From positions 37,265 through 101,264 of the forward strand of contig NW_021832718.1 in assembly GCF_006345805.1 (NCBI RefSeq): a stretch of DNA of 64,000 nt. Direction: 5' to 3'. Shown one piece after another: positions 22,801 through 35,000 of the stretch (within the stretch, counting starts at the first letter, position 1; each line of letters begins with the position of its first letter). The position numbers were made by a program, and so were the translations under genes. This DNA comes from Octopus sinensis. Lineage: Eukaryota. A model generated the notes under the pieces. The model searched no databases. It saw only the letters and a list, made by a program, of their open reading frames with translations, and was not told the DNA's origin.

Positions 22801-25531
22801 ATTCGGCATAGAGGTGACTGTGTTGTTGAGAAGCATGTGGTCTTGGGTTCTGTTCCACTGTGCAGCACATGTGGTCAGAGCCTTCTACAAAAGTCCTAGA
22901 CTGATCAGAGCCATGTGAATAGATATCGTACACAGAAGCCCATCGCATGTGAATGTGTGAGCGTGTATATGCACGCATGCATGTGCCTTTTCCTTGACCT
23001 CAAATGATGATTGTAAACAAGCATCACTTTTATAAAAATGATGTTATTTGTTTCCAGCCATTTTTGATAAGCATGTCTGGCCATGGAAGAATATTATCTT
23101 GCTTGGAAACAAGTAAGAGTTGGTGACAGGATGGACATACAGCTATAGAAAAGCTGCTTCAGCTAATCCTGTCTGACTCATGCAAGCATAATAACAATGA
23201 TGTCAAAATGTTTAAATATATATGTGTGCGTGCATGTTTAGCAGTTTTTCATATCAGTGTATATACATGTTAGGAATCATAAAAACATTATTGTCCTGTC
23301 TAGAGATTAAACAAAAAACCAGCAACAGAACTCATAATTGCTACAAATGCTGGGTCTCACTAGCACTGATGATCTCTCACTCTCCTTACCATACTAAAGA
23401 CTATCGCAAAGACTGGCTTGCTTCCTCAGAGCCAGAGAAGTTTCTAACAATTACTAACCCTAATCAAAGTTCAAGTGTGACCTAAAATAAAATACTGTTA
23501 TATCTGAAATGGCAACAGTGATGCTAGAATAAATACAAACAACCTACTCTGTGTCCATTAGTACACCTAAGGAGTTGGTAAAATGTGTTGTTCTTTCTTT
23601 ATTTTATCTACAACCAGTACAGAGACCACTATTCTTTTGAAGTAGCTATTTTACCTGGAATTAACAAGAATTGTGAGAGATATGTTTAGTGGACAACATC
23701 CAAGATCCTCTAAAAATAGGTTGTAACTTTTTATAATATGCAGGCGTGGCTGTGTGGTAAGAAGTTTGCTTCCCAACCACATGGTTCTGGGTTCTGTCCA
23801 CTGTATGACACCTTGAGCTAGTGTCTTCTGCTATACCCTCAAGCCAACCAAAGCCTTGTGAGTGGATTTGGTAGACAAAAACTGAAAGAAGCCTATCCTG
23901 TATATATATGTGTCTTCATATCTGTGTTTGTCCTCCACCACAGCTTGACTACCGGTGTTGGTTGTTTACATCCCCATAACTTAGTGGTTTGGCAAAGGAA
24001 ACTGATAGAATAAGTATCAGGCTTAAAAAATAAGTACTGGGGTTGATTGATTCAACTAAAAAATTTTTCAAAGTGGTGTCCCAGCATGGTCACAGTCTCA
24101 GGACTTAAACAAGTAAAAGATAAGATGTAATTTATGTTTGGAAAGGAATATGATGGATACTTGAACTTTTACCCCATAAGCAGCAGAAATCATCAATTGA
24201 TATTTCAATAGAAAACAGCAGACATTATCAATTGATGTTTCAAAAGTTTTACATAGATACAACCATCATAAAAAAAAAGTGAATATTTTACAACACTTTT
24301 TAATGAGATTGAAAATGTTATTGTACAAGAGACTAACAATTATTATAGTTTTTGTGCTTATTTAAAGTGGGTATGTATAAAAATTACTCTTGAGATATTT
24401 TTTGCTTTTTGCCTAATTGGTACATACATTCATGCAACCCTTTCCCACTGTTTAAATGTTAATGGTTGCTTGACCTTCATGAAATAACAGCTGAATCTCT
24501 CTCATAGCTCACTTTACCATGTTAAAAAAGTGTATATTGAATAATGTAGGTTTAGTTGCAGTTCATCTCAGCCTTTCAGTCTCCTGTGATACATAGGACA
24601 TCCAAGTTCTCCTTTCTCATGCAGTCTTTCTAGTAACTCCCAGTTCTTTTCATCTTGTTTGTCTGTTGCTGAGATGATTCTTATTCCTGTTGGTTACTTA
24701 AGAAAATTTTACATTGTTAGATAGTTTTGAGTGCTATTACTTGTGTATAGATATCATCTTCATGTCCTGATGTCAGAGGGCACTTTAACTTCAGAAGAGC
24801 TTTAGCCAGAGGATGTCATCAATTTCTGAAGCAGGGAACTTTCTTTCCTCAAGATAAGTGAGTTTTTTTGCTTCCTATCTAATGTTTTTAGATGGCAGTC
24901 CTGTTAACCTTCTGTCCATCTACCAATCTAGAGGACCAGGTCTGTTATGCTCAAAGACATTGAGTAGATGCCTTTGCTTGTATCTCCTAGAGGAAGCCTC
25001 ACATCCCTACAAAGTTCCTTGATACACTGGTGCTGATTGAGTGTGGTGGGAGTCATAGATAAGGTACATTAGTTATGGGGTGATTTGGGGATAACAACAA
25101 TATAGACACTGAATATGGAGACTAGAGAGAAGTTGAATATAATCTGTTGGATGTATAATGTCTTCTATGAGAGACAGTATAAATGAGTTGAGAAAGTGTC
25201 AGGGCATTAAAGGTATTAATCAGTATATGAAGGAGAGATAACTATGCTAACTGAGAGGGACATGTAAATAATAGAAGATGAATGAAAAGTGTGTTGACAA
25301 AGTGAGAGGAAGTGAGGCAGATTTGTCTCTGGATATTATGCCACAAATATGAGATAACATTTGCTCATTTCCAATTTGGAAAAACTAATTTTAAAGCAAT
25401 ATTTATGATTACTGTGATTGAATTTAAAAAAAAATTTTTTCCATTTTTCTTAAAGTGAATTTTTTCTTTATTTTATATTTCTAGAACTAAAACAAGTTGA
25501 TACCATAATGGACAACCTGAATTCATCATAA
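19783..25531 (+). CDS. COMMD4: COMM domain-containing protein 4, last four exons: join(19783-19863, 21310-21371, 22613-22727, 25485-25531)
   Basis: Phase-consistent splice gives (E)HSIPLCKLYGDNVTKFQEQLRKQSLR-ISHMNSVQWRVDYVISSKSLK-TVNKPNVQICLKVVNPDTGNAKPVVFNMSAEKFRVFLN-ELKQVDTIMDNLNSS*. It matches COMMD4 motifs (WRVDY, SA.KF.V.L.ELKQ). First listed exon has an AT acceptor; 5' exons not found. Confidence 0.9.
20290..20680 (-). mobile_element. tRNA-derived SINE (octopus OK/OR-type)
   Basis: Reverse complement of the family at 23740, with tRNA-like head at the right end. Boundaries approximate. Confidence 0.75.
21310..21371 (+). CDS. COMMD4: COMMD4 exon (62 nt)
   Basis: tttag| ... aag|gtaagg; contains WRVDY. 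Confidence 0.9.
21700..22560 (-). mobile_element. Old degraded RTE LINE fragment (end of APE and linker)
   Basis: ICNT.FKKPASRLITY-like remnant with many stops; homologous to 18200-18600. Boundaries approximate. Confidence 0.6.
22613..22727 (+). CDS. COMMD4: COMMD4 exon (115 nt)
   Basis: ttttccag| ... aatg|gtaagt; MSAEKFRVFLN. Confidence 0.9.
22800..23180 (+). mobile_element. tRNA-derived SINE, diverged
   Basis: Head CATGTGGTCTTGGGTTCTGTTCCACTG and family body. Boundaries approximate. Confidence 0.6.
23740..24122 (+). mobile_element. tRNA-derived SINE (octopus OK/OR-type)
   Basis: A-box-like TGGCTGTGTGG, B-box-like GGTTCTGTCC, central microsatellite, AAAAGATAA tail. Confidence 0.8.
25485..25531 (+). 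CDS. COMMD4: COMMD4 terminal coding exon
   Basis: tttctag|aactaaaacaag; ELKQVDTIMDNLNSS*. Confidence 0.88.
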
Positions 25532-26472
25532 CAAATAATGTACAGCTGTCTTCTTGGCAAATGAATTCTCTGCAGAAACAGTTCAGACTTGGTGCTCTTA
25601 GGAAAACCCTGAATAGATACCACAAACTCTTTTCCTTTCCCCAATCTCAATAGGCTTAATTCAGAAATCATCTGATTCACAGTTGTATCTTTTTCCTGTC
25701 CTTAGGTAAGGCATGAATTTCACAACTTTTGTATGGTTAAGGCTGACCAATGATTACAGAATCTATTTGGCATATTTAGTAGAGATTATTGACAAGATGG
25801 TACACCAACTTTCTTCAGAGATACATGAACATCACAACCTCCTTACCTGCATTAAAATCAATTATTATTTATATTATCAAACATTGCACTATACATATAT
25901 TAATATTTAGGATACTACCTTTTTACATTCTGGATGAAGCCATTTTGTTTATGCTACCAAAGATTTTAGTAAAGGCATAAACATCATAAACCTATCACCA
26001 GCTGTGCATGATTGACCTTAGTCTTCAGTTTTATGCAGAAAGTACTTAACCTACTTTGCTAATATATCTAAATGTCACAACTTCCTGTCTCTCCATTCTA
26101 AATATGAACTCTGACTGACTTTTAATACTAGAGGGATGTGGATTCATGGCAAATAAAATACCTTGTGGTGTTTCAATACAACCTTTTAGATTCCAAGTTT
26201 AAATCCCTTGGTGTCAACTTTACCTTCCATCCTTTGGTGTGGTTAAGGAAAATAAAGTTTTTGGTAAGTATTATGGAGGCAGTATAATTAACTGTTTCCT
26301 CAATCTAAATGTCTGGCCTTGTGCCTATATTGGAAGCAATTATTAGAGGATGATGAATGGGAGAATCTTTAGTGTTGGACAAAATGCTTTGCTGCATTTA
26401 GTTAAAGCCGTTTAACGTTTTGCAATCAAATCCCTCTGAGATGAACTTTGCCTTTTGTCCTTTCGAGGGTTC

Positions 26473-27003
26473 ATCATTGTTTAACATCCACTTTCCATGC
26501 TAGCATGGGTTGGACGGTTTGACTGAGGGCTGGCGAACCAGATGGCTGCACCAGGCTCCAGTCTTGATCTGGCAGAGTTTCTACAGCTGGATGCCCTTCC
26601 TAATGCCAACCACTCCAAGAGTGTAGTGGGTGCTTTTACGTGTCAGGCAGTAATGGCAACGACCTCGCTCAAATCTTTTTACATATGTCACCGGCACAGG
26701 TGCCAGTAAGGCAATACTGGTAACGATCCTGCTCGAATGGTGCCTTTTACATGCCACCGGCACCGAAGCCAGTTAGCCACTCTGGCAGCGATCACGCTCG
26801 GATGGTGCTCTTAGCACCCTACTATCACGGGGCACAAGTGCCAGTAAGGCGACACTGGTAACGATCACACTCGAATGGTGCCTTTTATGTGCCACTGGCA
26901 CAGAAGCCAGTTAGCTGCTCTGTCAACGATCATGCTCATATGGTGCTCTTTGCACCCCGCTAGCACGGGTGCCTGTCATCGAATTTCACTTTGATTTTGA
27001 TTG
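26473..27003 (-). mobile_element. RTE LINE 3' UTR fragment with repeat array
   Basis: Same tail and 3' UTR as 15381-15900, including a duplicated ~130-bp block. Confidence 0.85.
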
Positions 27004-28934
27004 ATAAAATAAATTTCTTGTCAAATAATGGGGTTGCTGTAATCAACACTTCTCTAAATTGAAATGCAATTTAGTTACAACAATTTAACTTTTTTCATTG
27101 AAATTCAGCCAAGACAGATTTTCCCTTCATCCTTCTGGGACCAATGAATTACTGGAGGAATCAATTGAGTCAATTACACTCCTCCCTAGAAATGTGTTCT
27201 TGTATCTGTTTAAAAATAGAATTACACATAAAAGTGGTTGATGACAATATTTAGATATATCTATTTTCTGAGTTCAAATCTCACCGAGACTCTTTCAGCC
27301 TTGCAGGTTGAAAAAATAGTCACCAGGTCATATATTGCATCCCATTTCCTTGGCTTTGTGCCAAGATACATACCAGTAATACACTGAATTTGGTACACCA
27401 TCTTACACAACGCCCTACATCTAGTTGAAAGATATTTTTATGTTGACATAGTTTGGAGAGAAGTCCAGCTTTGTGACAAACAAGAATTATCAAATATTTG
27501 CTCCCATCCCCTATCTTTTGTAATATTTAAGTTCTAAATAGGTACAACACTGACTTTCCGGACTCTGATGGTCCAGAACCTCTTGTAATCCACTCTGCTT
27601 TATGAACAGGAACTTCAAATTCTCACAGTTGCCAGACTAGCTTACTTGGTAGCTCTATATTTCATTTAATTAAGTAAATTTAATATTTGTTTAATATAGA
27701 GGTGACCACCCCTGGTTTGGAAAAATCAGTCATCTGAAAGTTTTCAGAAAATCAATGTTGTACCTGTAATAATAAAATCAAGCTACAATGCTTCATATAA
27801 GTAAATAAATACTAATGTCTTTTAACTGTTTTTGTCCCCCAAAAATTTCATAAGGGAATGAGATGTGATATACATGCTTTTCTCATAGATATTATTAATG
27901 TTAGTCAGAAACATAACCAAGATTGTGGATAGGAACTCCTTTGGTTTCTAAGTATATTTGACTGAGAATATAATTAAATGAAACATCTAACATGACCAAT
28001 ACAATACTGACCAGAATAGCCAAAATCAGAGATTTCATACTGTCCAAACAAAGTTTCTTTACCAACTGTAAATAAAATATGTAAATTATTATTTTAAAGA
28101 AATGAATCTGATTTATTGTTTCAATCTAAAAACAAAAAATTTTCCTTTTTGATTTTAGTTTTGTTACCAAACTTTTCCTTAAATAAAACTGACCATCTTA
28201 TTTGACCACTTCCGGCTGTAGTTCTTATAAAGGATCTTTAGCACATGTTTTCTTAGACTTTTACGCCACTTGATTCACTGTTGTTTTGCAATATGCATAG
28301 CTAAGAATTTTTCTCTCATTTTCTCAATTGCCTCATTCATTCATTCACTCATGTAACCCGTAATACCAACATGTACTATCATGTTTATATTACATGTTTG
28401 ATTCTTCAAATAACCTTCAAACTGTAATTCCCTAAAATCTTAGTTCTCTGTCACTGTTTCATAATGTTTTCGACATTGTTCTCTAAAATTTGTATGCATT
28501 CTTGTTTTACTTATGTCTCTCAATATAGTCATGTCTCTCTCCCCAACAATAGTAAATTGGCCATTGCTTGTCTGCAGTGCCCCCACCACCTATACTGGAA
28601 ACCCCTACAGGGCTCTGCCTTGCTTCTGAACCAGAAGACTTACATACCTTCTTCCCTCCTTCCAACAAAACTGCATGCACCAAAGGGTGATATGTTACTT
28701 AGGAAATTATTAGTAAATTAACATGCCACCTACCTCTTTCTCCCTATATATAACGGAATAACCATGGCAGATCATTTATTTAATTAATTTATACATTGAC
28801 CTATTTATATTTGCGGCAGTAATGCTTATATTTACAACGCTACTCACTACCAATAGGGACAACAATTTTAACATGTTTGAATGATGGTAGGTTAAAGCGA
28901 GACGAACCGATGTGACATTTCGGTTGCCAAACAA

Positions 28935-30250
28935 TCACTGAAACTTTCTTTTCAGGTGCCCAATACCATCTCTCCTGCCCATGTAACCTCCAGTGTCCCT
29001 TACCCAGTTCTCAGGGTTGGCACTGTGAATATAGGCACATTGAAAAGTAGATCTTGCAAGATTGTTGAGCTGCTTGAATGGAGGCATGTTGTTGTATGCT
29101 GCATTCAGGAGGTAAGGTGGGGAGGAGCTTCAGCCATGTTCCTCACAGGCAAGACGTGTAGGTATACTTCTTGCAGAGAAATGGGTAGATAAGGTCATAG
29201 AAGTAGTCAGAGTGAGCAATAGAGTGCTTAAGCTTGGGCTAGTCTTGCAGAATAGCATAGCATCAATTATCTCTGTCTATACCCTACAAGCAAGCCTACT
29301 AAATGAACAGAAGGACTATTTTTATGATATTCTCCTGCAGGCTACCTCCAAGACAAATGACAAGAATCTCATCTTTGTGGCTGGGTATTTCAATGAGCAT
29401 ATCAAACGGCAGCCCGGTATTTTCCATGATGTACATGGGGGCCATGGAATTGGAGGGAACAGGGTTACTGGTGTTCTGTAATGCAAATAACCTATTGATC
29501 TGCAACACTAACTTCAAGAAGCTGACCAGCCAGCTGATAACCTACCAATCAGGTGGCTACGCTAGCCAGATTGATTACATTCTCACCAAGCAGCAGGATG
29601 CATTGTTGCTCTTAAATACAGAGTGTTTCGGATTTCAAGACAGTTTATGAGAGAAATCGTGATGTCATAGGAGATAAATGTGTCTGCATGGATGATGGTG
29701 CACTTGTATTTAATGATTATGCAAAGAAAGAGGCTTCAAAATGTTATTATGAAAGACTGCTGAATGTGGAGAATGAATGGGAGGAGAAACTTGTCAACGC
29801 CACTGTGAGGCCCACCTCATCCCAGGTCTTTCAAAGGCTTTCTCTATGTCAATAAAAGCCAGGTACAGAGATTTATCTTTGGCTGGGTATTTCTCCCGCA
29901 GTTGTCTTACCAGAAATATAGCATTAGTGGTGCTTTTTCCTGGCACAAACCCAAACTGCATCTCATCTAAACTGACCCTCTCCGTGACTTTCATTACCTG
30001 ATCCAACAACTTAATACCTCTATTATTATTCGTATCTAATACATCATCACCTTTACTTTTGTAGCAGTTGACTATGGTGCTGCTCCTCTTTCATGTGTCA
30101 CCTGATTGACTATACGGGTGACTAGACTATAGCCAACACTGCTAGATATTTTAAGCATCTCTGCGGTGATTCCTGATGGGCTGGAAGCTTTCCCTGTCTT
30201 CATACCCTTAATTGCTTTATCTACCAAGGTAAACAATGCATCCTGTAGCT
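28935..30250 (+). mobile_element. Rearranged RTE LINE: APE and RT start (+), followed by an inverted RT segment (-)
   Basis: Plus ORFs 28956-29650 (APE); minus ORFs 29794-30009 and 30072-30272 (LDEMQFGF, SGITAEMLK). Confidence 0.85.
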
Positions 30251-30344
30251 CAAGTTTCATTGGCAGCAACATGTTAATACTAATGGAATAAAAATACCTT
30301 ACTTAAAAAAAGAAAAAAACAAGAGTTGGTGACAGGAAGGATAT

Positions 30345-31160
30345 CATTTTACTATAATGGGCGTTATATCCATCTGTCTCTGCCCTCTTCATGGTCAAAG
30401 AGCTGGACCAGTGTTTTTCAGAATTATGAAGGAGGAAATCAAGGAAGTTTTTAGTGAAAAAAACATGAAAAATTACGATTATTACTGGATATTGAAGGTA
30501 ATTGTTCAGTTCACAGGCGTAAAAAAGTAAATAAAAATTACGGGGGAGATAACTAATAAAAGAAGTAAAGGGAAGTAAGTCAACTTCTTATAATGAGTGT
30601 TATGTCCGTCTGTCTGCTCCCTTTTCATGGTCAAATGGCCGGATTACAAAGGAGGTAAATAGGGAAAAATGTGAAGAAGTATGATTATTTAGTGTATATC
30701 GAGTTTTGTATCAATAAATCACCTTTGATTTTTTTTTTTTTAAATTCCTGTGACGAGGATTAACTCTGGATTCCCCTCACTATATAGTTCATGAATTTTG
30801 AGGGTTTAGACTTGCGATACTATCCCTTTATTTCCCATCATAGGTGGGCAGATTCCTAAAGATTCTAGTCATGCATTCACAGCAAACAAGGCACAAGGCC
30901 AGACTTTAGATCGTGTAGGAGTATTTTTACCTGTTCTGATGTTTACACACAGCCAGTTATATGTCGCTATGAGTAGAGAAAAGGACTCCAGTAATTTGAA
31001 AATTAGTGTCGACCAAACAGAAAATATCGTCTACAAAGAAGTTTTGTAATCATATTGATATTATTGAAAGGAATATGATTCACAATTTAAATATGGATAT
31101 TTGTGAACTTTGAATGTATAAGACTATAAGCCTGCATAAAATAGTGTAAACAACTAAAAT
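30345..31160 (+). mobile_element. Helitron remnant carrying the PIF1-like helicase C-terminus (30852-31049)
   Basis: HAFTANKAQGQTLDRVGVFLP..FTHSQLYVAMSR...TENIVYKEVL* matches the RepHel helicase end. Outer boundaries approximate. Confidence 0.8.
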
Positions 31161-31956
31161 AAAAGTATATCTAAATAACATTTTTTTTCTTAATACTTTT
31201 TGTGTAGTGATTGAAGGAAGGTCTGGCTTTTGTTAGGTGTGGTCCCCATAACCATTCAGGATACAGAGGCTAGGAGTTTATTTCAATTCGGGAGTGAATT
31301 GTCATCACATGTCACTTAGTCGCAAACATGTCATGTAGCTGCAATAGAATGCTGCATCACCAACAATAATGTGATTTCTTTAAGACATCACCAAGTAATC
31401 TATCAAGTCCATTTATACATTTCTCAATACATACTGCTCTTGTGACCGCCCTCCCTCATTTTATGTCCCCATCATAGATGGGTAGATTTGCTAGTGTTGT
31501 AGTCTTGTCCAACCTATGTCTGTCTGAAAAATGGGATATAAAAATAATGATGATACACAGACATAAAAACTAATTTTGGTTAGAAAAGAGAAACAGACCC
31601 ACAGAAAGTATCAGAATAGCACATTGTTTGCCAGATGACTGGCTAATCACTTTTTCTTTGTAACTGGAGTCTTTATATTTTCTCTGCTATTTTATTGTAA
31701 ACATATTTCAATTATGCCACTTTTATCATAATTATTTGACGCACCAACAAGAAATAACCACATGAACTAAATTATGAATGCATATATCTTTTATTGTAGA
31801 AATACTACTATATATCTTTGTGAGAGGATGTTTGGAAAGTATTATTGTAAGATTATGCTTATCACTATATCTGTGCAAGAGAGAGAGACTGTGTTTGTGT
31901 GTGTGTGACTTTATGATTTATTTGTTGACATTCCAATTAACAACATGCAGGAAAAT

Positions 31957-32040
31957 CTACTCAGGTAGAGGAAGTTCTCCTCCTTTTTTGGCCAATTGTT
32001 CAGCAGCTTCGATTCCAGCACAACATTTATCCACATGGAC
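31957..32040 (-). CDS. RNASEH1-like: RNase H1-like terminal exon (84 nt incl. stop)
   Basis: ttcctag|gtccat; VHVDKCCAGIEAAEQLAKKGGELPLPE*. Confidence 0.85.
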   Translation of the reverse strand, partial: VHVDKCCAGIEAAEQLAKKGGELPLPE

Positions 32041-35000
32041 CTAGGAAATAGAAATAATATACAATCAAAATAATTTTTATATTTATTTGTTAATGTAAAG
32101 AGGAGGAGGCTATCCACAGCCTATCTATTTTTATTCTCCTATGCGGAGACTGAGAATAGAAATTAGAGAAACTCTCATTAAACTATAAAATTAAATAAAA
32201 TAATAATTTTAAAAATCTCTAAACATTATTAGTACCAATTTGAAACATGCATATTGTATTCCCAGGCCTACAATAATCATTTCCAAGTCCCTCCCTTCCC
32301 TGAATAACATCCCATTGGAATTCCCTTCCTGCCCTAGTTCTTTCTGTAGCAATCAACTTGAAGCAGCCAACTTAACCACTCTTAGAGGGCCTACATGGGC
32401 CATGAACACAATTCATTTCTATGAACCTTAATATTGATAATTCTTTCTAATTTTCGCACAAGGCCAACACTTTTCTTTCTTTTAATAATAATTCTAATTA
32501 CAATAAACCAGTCCCACTGGTTTGTTATTAAGTACTGACCATTCCTTGGTTAATCAAGTTACAAATTATACTAATATTTCTCTCAAAAGAGTTAAGTAGG
32601 TATCTTGCCTTTTCTGTTTCAAATTCATGTCTAAAATTTTAAGCATTGATTCATTCATAAAATAGTGTTTTTTTAAATTAAAAACAACCATTCAAATACA
32701 CTATTTTCTTTAAAACCCCTTTCTTCTAAGTGCTAGGCAATATATAATAACAACTGTTTATGACTATTTTCATTGGTTATTAAAGAAAAGTTTCTTGTTT
32801 CTTTGAATAATAGAAAGTTATTACTAACATTTTTAGACATGAAAAATTTTCTAGGCATCTACTCAAATTTTTGATGAGAGATTAAAATGACATTTAATTC
32901 TTCTAGAGTTCTTTGACAATCTGTCAATGAGACTAGTTCATCTGGAACCTTGTAATTCTTTGTGCTAGTTCATTCAGTAGTTGAAACAAACTTAAGAGAG
33001 TTAAGGATGTGTGTGGCAGGGGTGTACATATGCATACTTGCTTTTCTCCTCCCTCATTCAAATTTTATTCTTTTCTGTGCCAGCTATTTCTCATCTATTT
33101 CCAGTTCATCTGTTGTTCAGACTACATTCTATATTCCACCTTCACACACTGAAAAGTATTATTTGGTTGATAACCAGATGAGAAGAGGAGAGAGTGGAAG
33201 CAAAAAGACTTCCAGTTACTGTGGCTCTAAGTCTCCCTGCTAAGTTTCTTTATAACCACTACTTTTCTTCAAACCTCTCCAACATCAACAGTAGTTCAAC
33301 TACCAATTATTTTACACTGATGACATCTTGCCTCACCTTTCTTTGTACTTATTCTCATCACATTTCTTTCCTCTCTCACTCCTCCTACACCAATGCAGCT
33401 ACTGTTGAGGATGAGCAGTTTTCCATCCCTAAATTTTGCACTAATTTGTGTTGTCACCTGCCCAAATCCATAAAATTAAATATTAAAAAATTATTGATCT
33501 ATTTCTCACCTCAAAGCTTTTACTTCATTATCAGAGAAAAGGGAGGAGAGAGCATCTAAGTAGTAACAACTTGCTAGAAAAAGCCAAATTTCTCTTAAAT
33601 CACACCCTGCTGTCTTGGAATAGGACATACTTCAGAAAAGATGCATGGCCTTGGCTAGAATACCTTTGATCATAAGTCTGTTCAATTAGGGTTAAAACAA
33701 CAACATTTTTAGAGTTGCACCTCACAGAATGCTCCAACTTACAGCTAATCAAAGCACAACAACCCTTGCCAGTTCTCTGGTACCTCAACTCACTGGTTGA
33801 CACTACCAGTTCTACACTGATGACTCTTCACAACATATGTTTCACCTCTGACTCATCAGACAGTTAAATGTGGGACTGAAACCATTCTCCTAGATATGTC
33901 CTTCCACACTGCTCACACAACCAAACCTAACAGTCTGCAACATATGGAAGAAACCCCTCATACCATCATCAACTTCTACTATATCATCAAGATGATCAGT
34001 AGGAAAGGTAAAAAGCACACAGACTGAAAAATTTTTCTCCTCCAAAATTACAGTCAGATTTTCTAATCTCTTACCAAAATCTTTGCAAACCTTGATAAGT
34101 AATCTTAACCTCTTCTAATTAGACCACAATGGAAAAAAAAAACAAAGCACACAATCAAACATGTTTTCTCTCTCTCTCTCACACACACACAGAATAAAAT
34201 CCTTCAGTTGGTTTAGATGTCATGATAGAGTTTTCTTTTAGCTTCCCAGTTCGTCCTGCTTAAACTTACCCATTTAACATTGATTCCCTCCAATTTCTTA
34301 TCCAATTCCTGCAGTTCTTCTTTGTTTGTCACTTCTTCTCCACTTGATTTCATCCAGTTCTTCTTTTTCCAACCCTCCAACCATTTAGTTATACCTGGTG
34401 TGAGGGAGAGAAGGAACAGATTTAACATTATTGTCTTAGGCCTAACTTTTTGGTGTTACATTTAAAATCCCACCCAGCGTAACACTACCCTCTGGTCACT
34501 AATGGCCTCTAACTTATTCTGTTGCAAGTATTTGTGTTAATCTCTTGGTTCCTTTTAATTTAAATTTATTGCAAGCTCTGAAGTGTTGACGCTCAGGTTA
34601 AGGCCCCACTTCTCTCATGATTAAGATACACAAATACACAAAGTAATTATCATGGAAGTCAATAATGACAGCAAACACCAGAGAAACCACCATCATCATA
34701 ATTTAACATCCATTTTTCCATACTTGCATGGATCAGACTGAAATAGTTAAGGCAGATTTTCTACAGCCAGATGTATTTCCTATTGTCAACCCTCACTTTG
34801 TTTCTAATTTTACCTTGTGCTTATTCTTAGTGCAAGTTTTGAAGAGTACAGTGCAATTTTAACAGTTATTTTGTCAAAGCTGTTATGGAAATGACAAAGG
34901 AGCATATTCGGTATATTATGCTTTATAAGTTCAATAAAGGCAACAAAGCAACAGAAATTGCAAGGTATATTAATGCAGTATATGGGGTTCAGAAATAAGC

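Noticed and set aside
23389-23480. Minus-strand segment with good splice signals as a missing MRPL9 exon
   Set aside because: Stops in all three frames.
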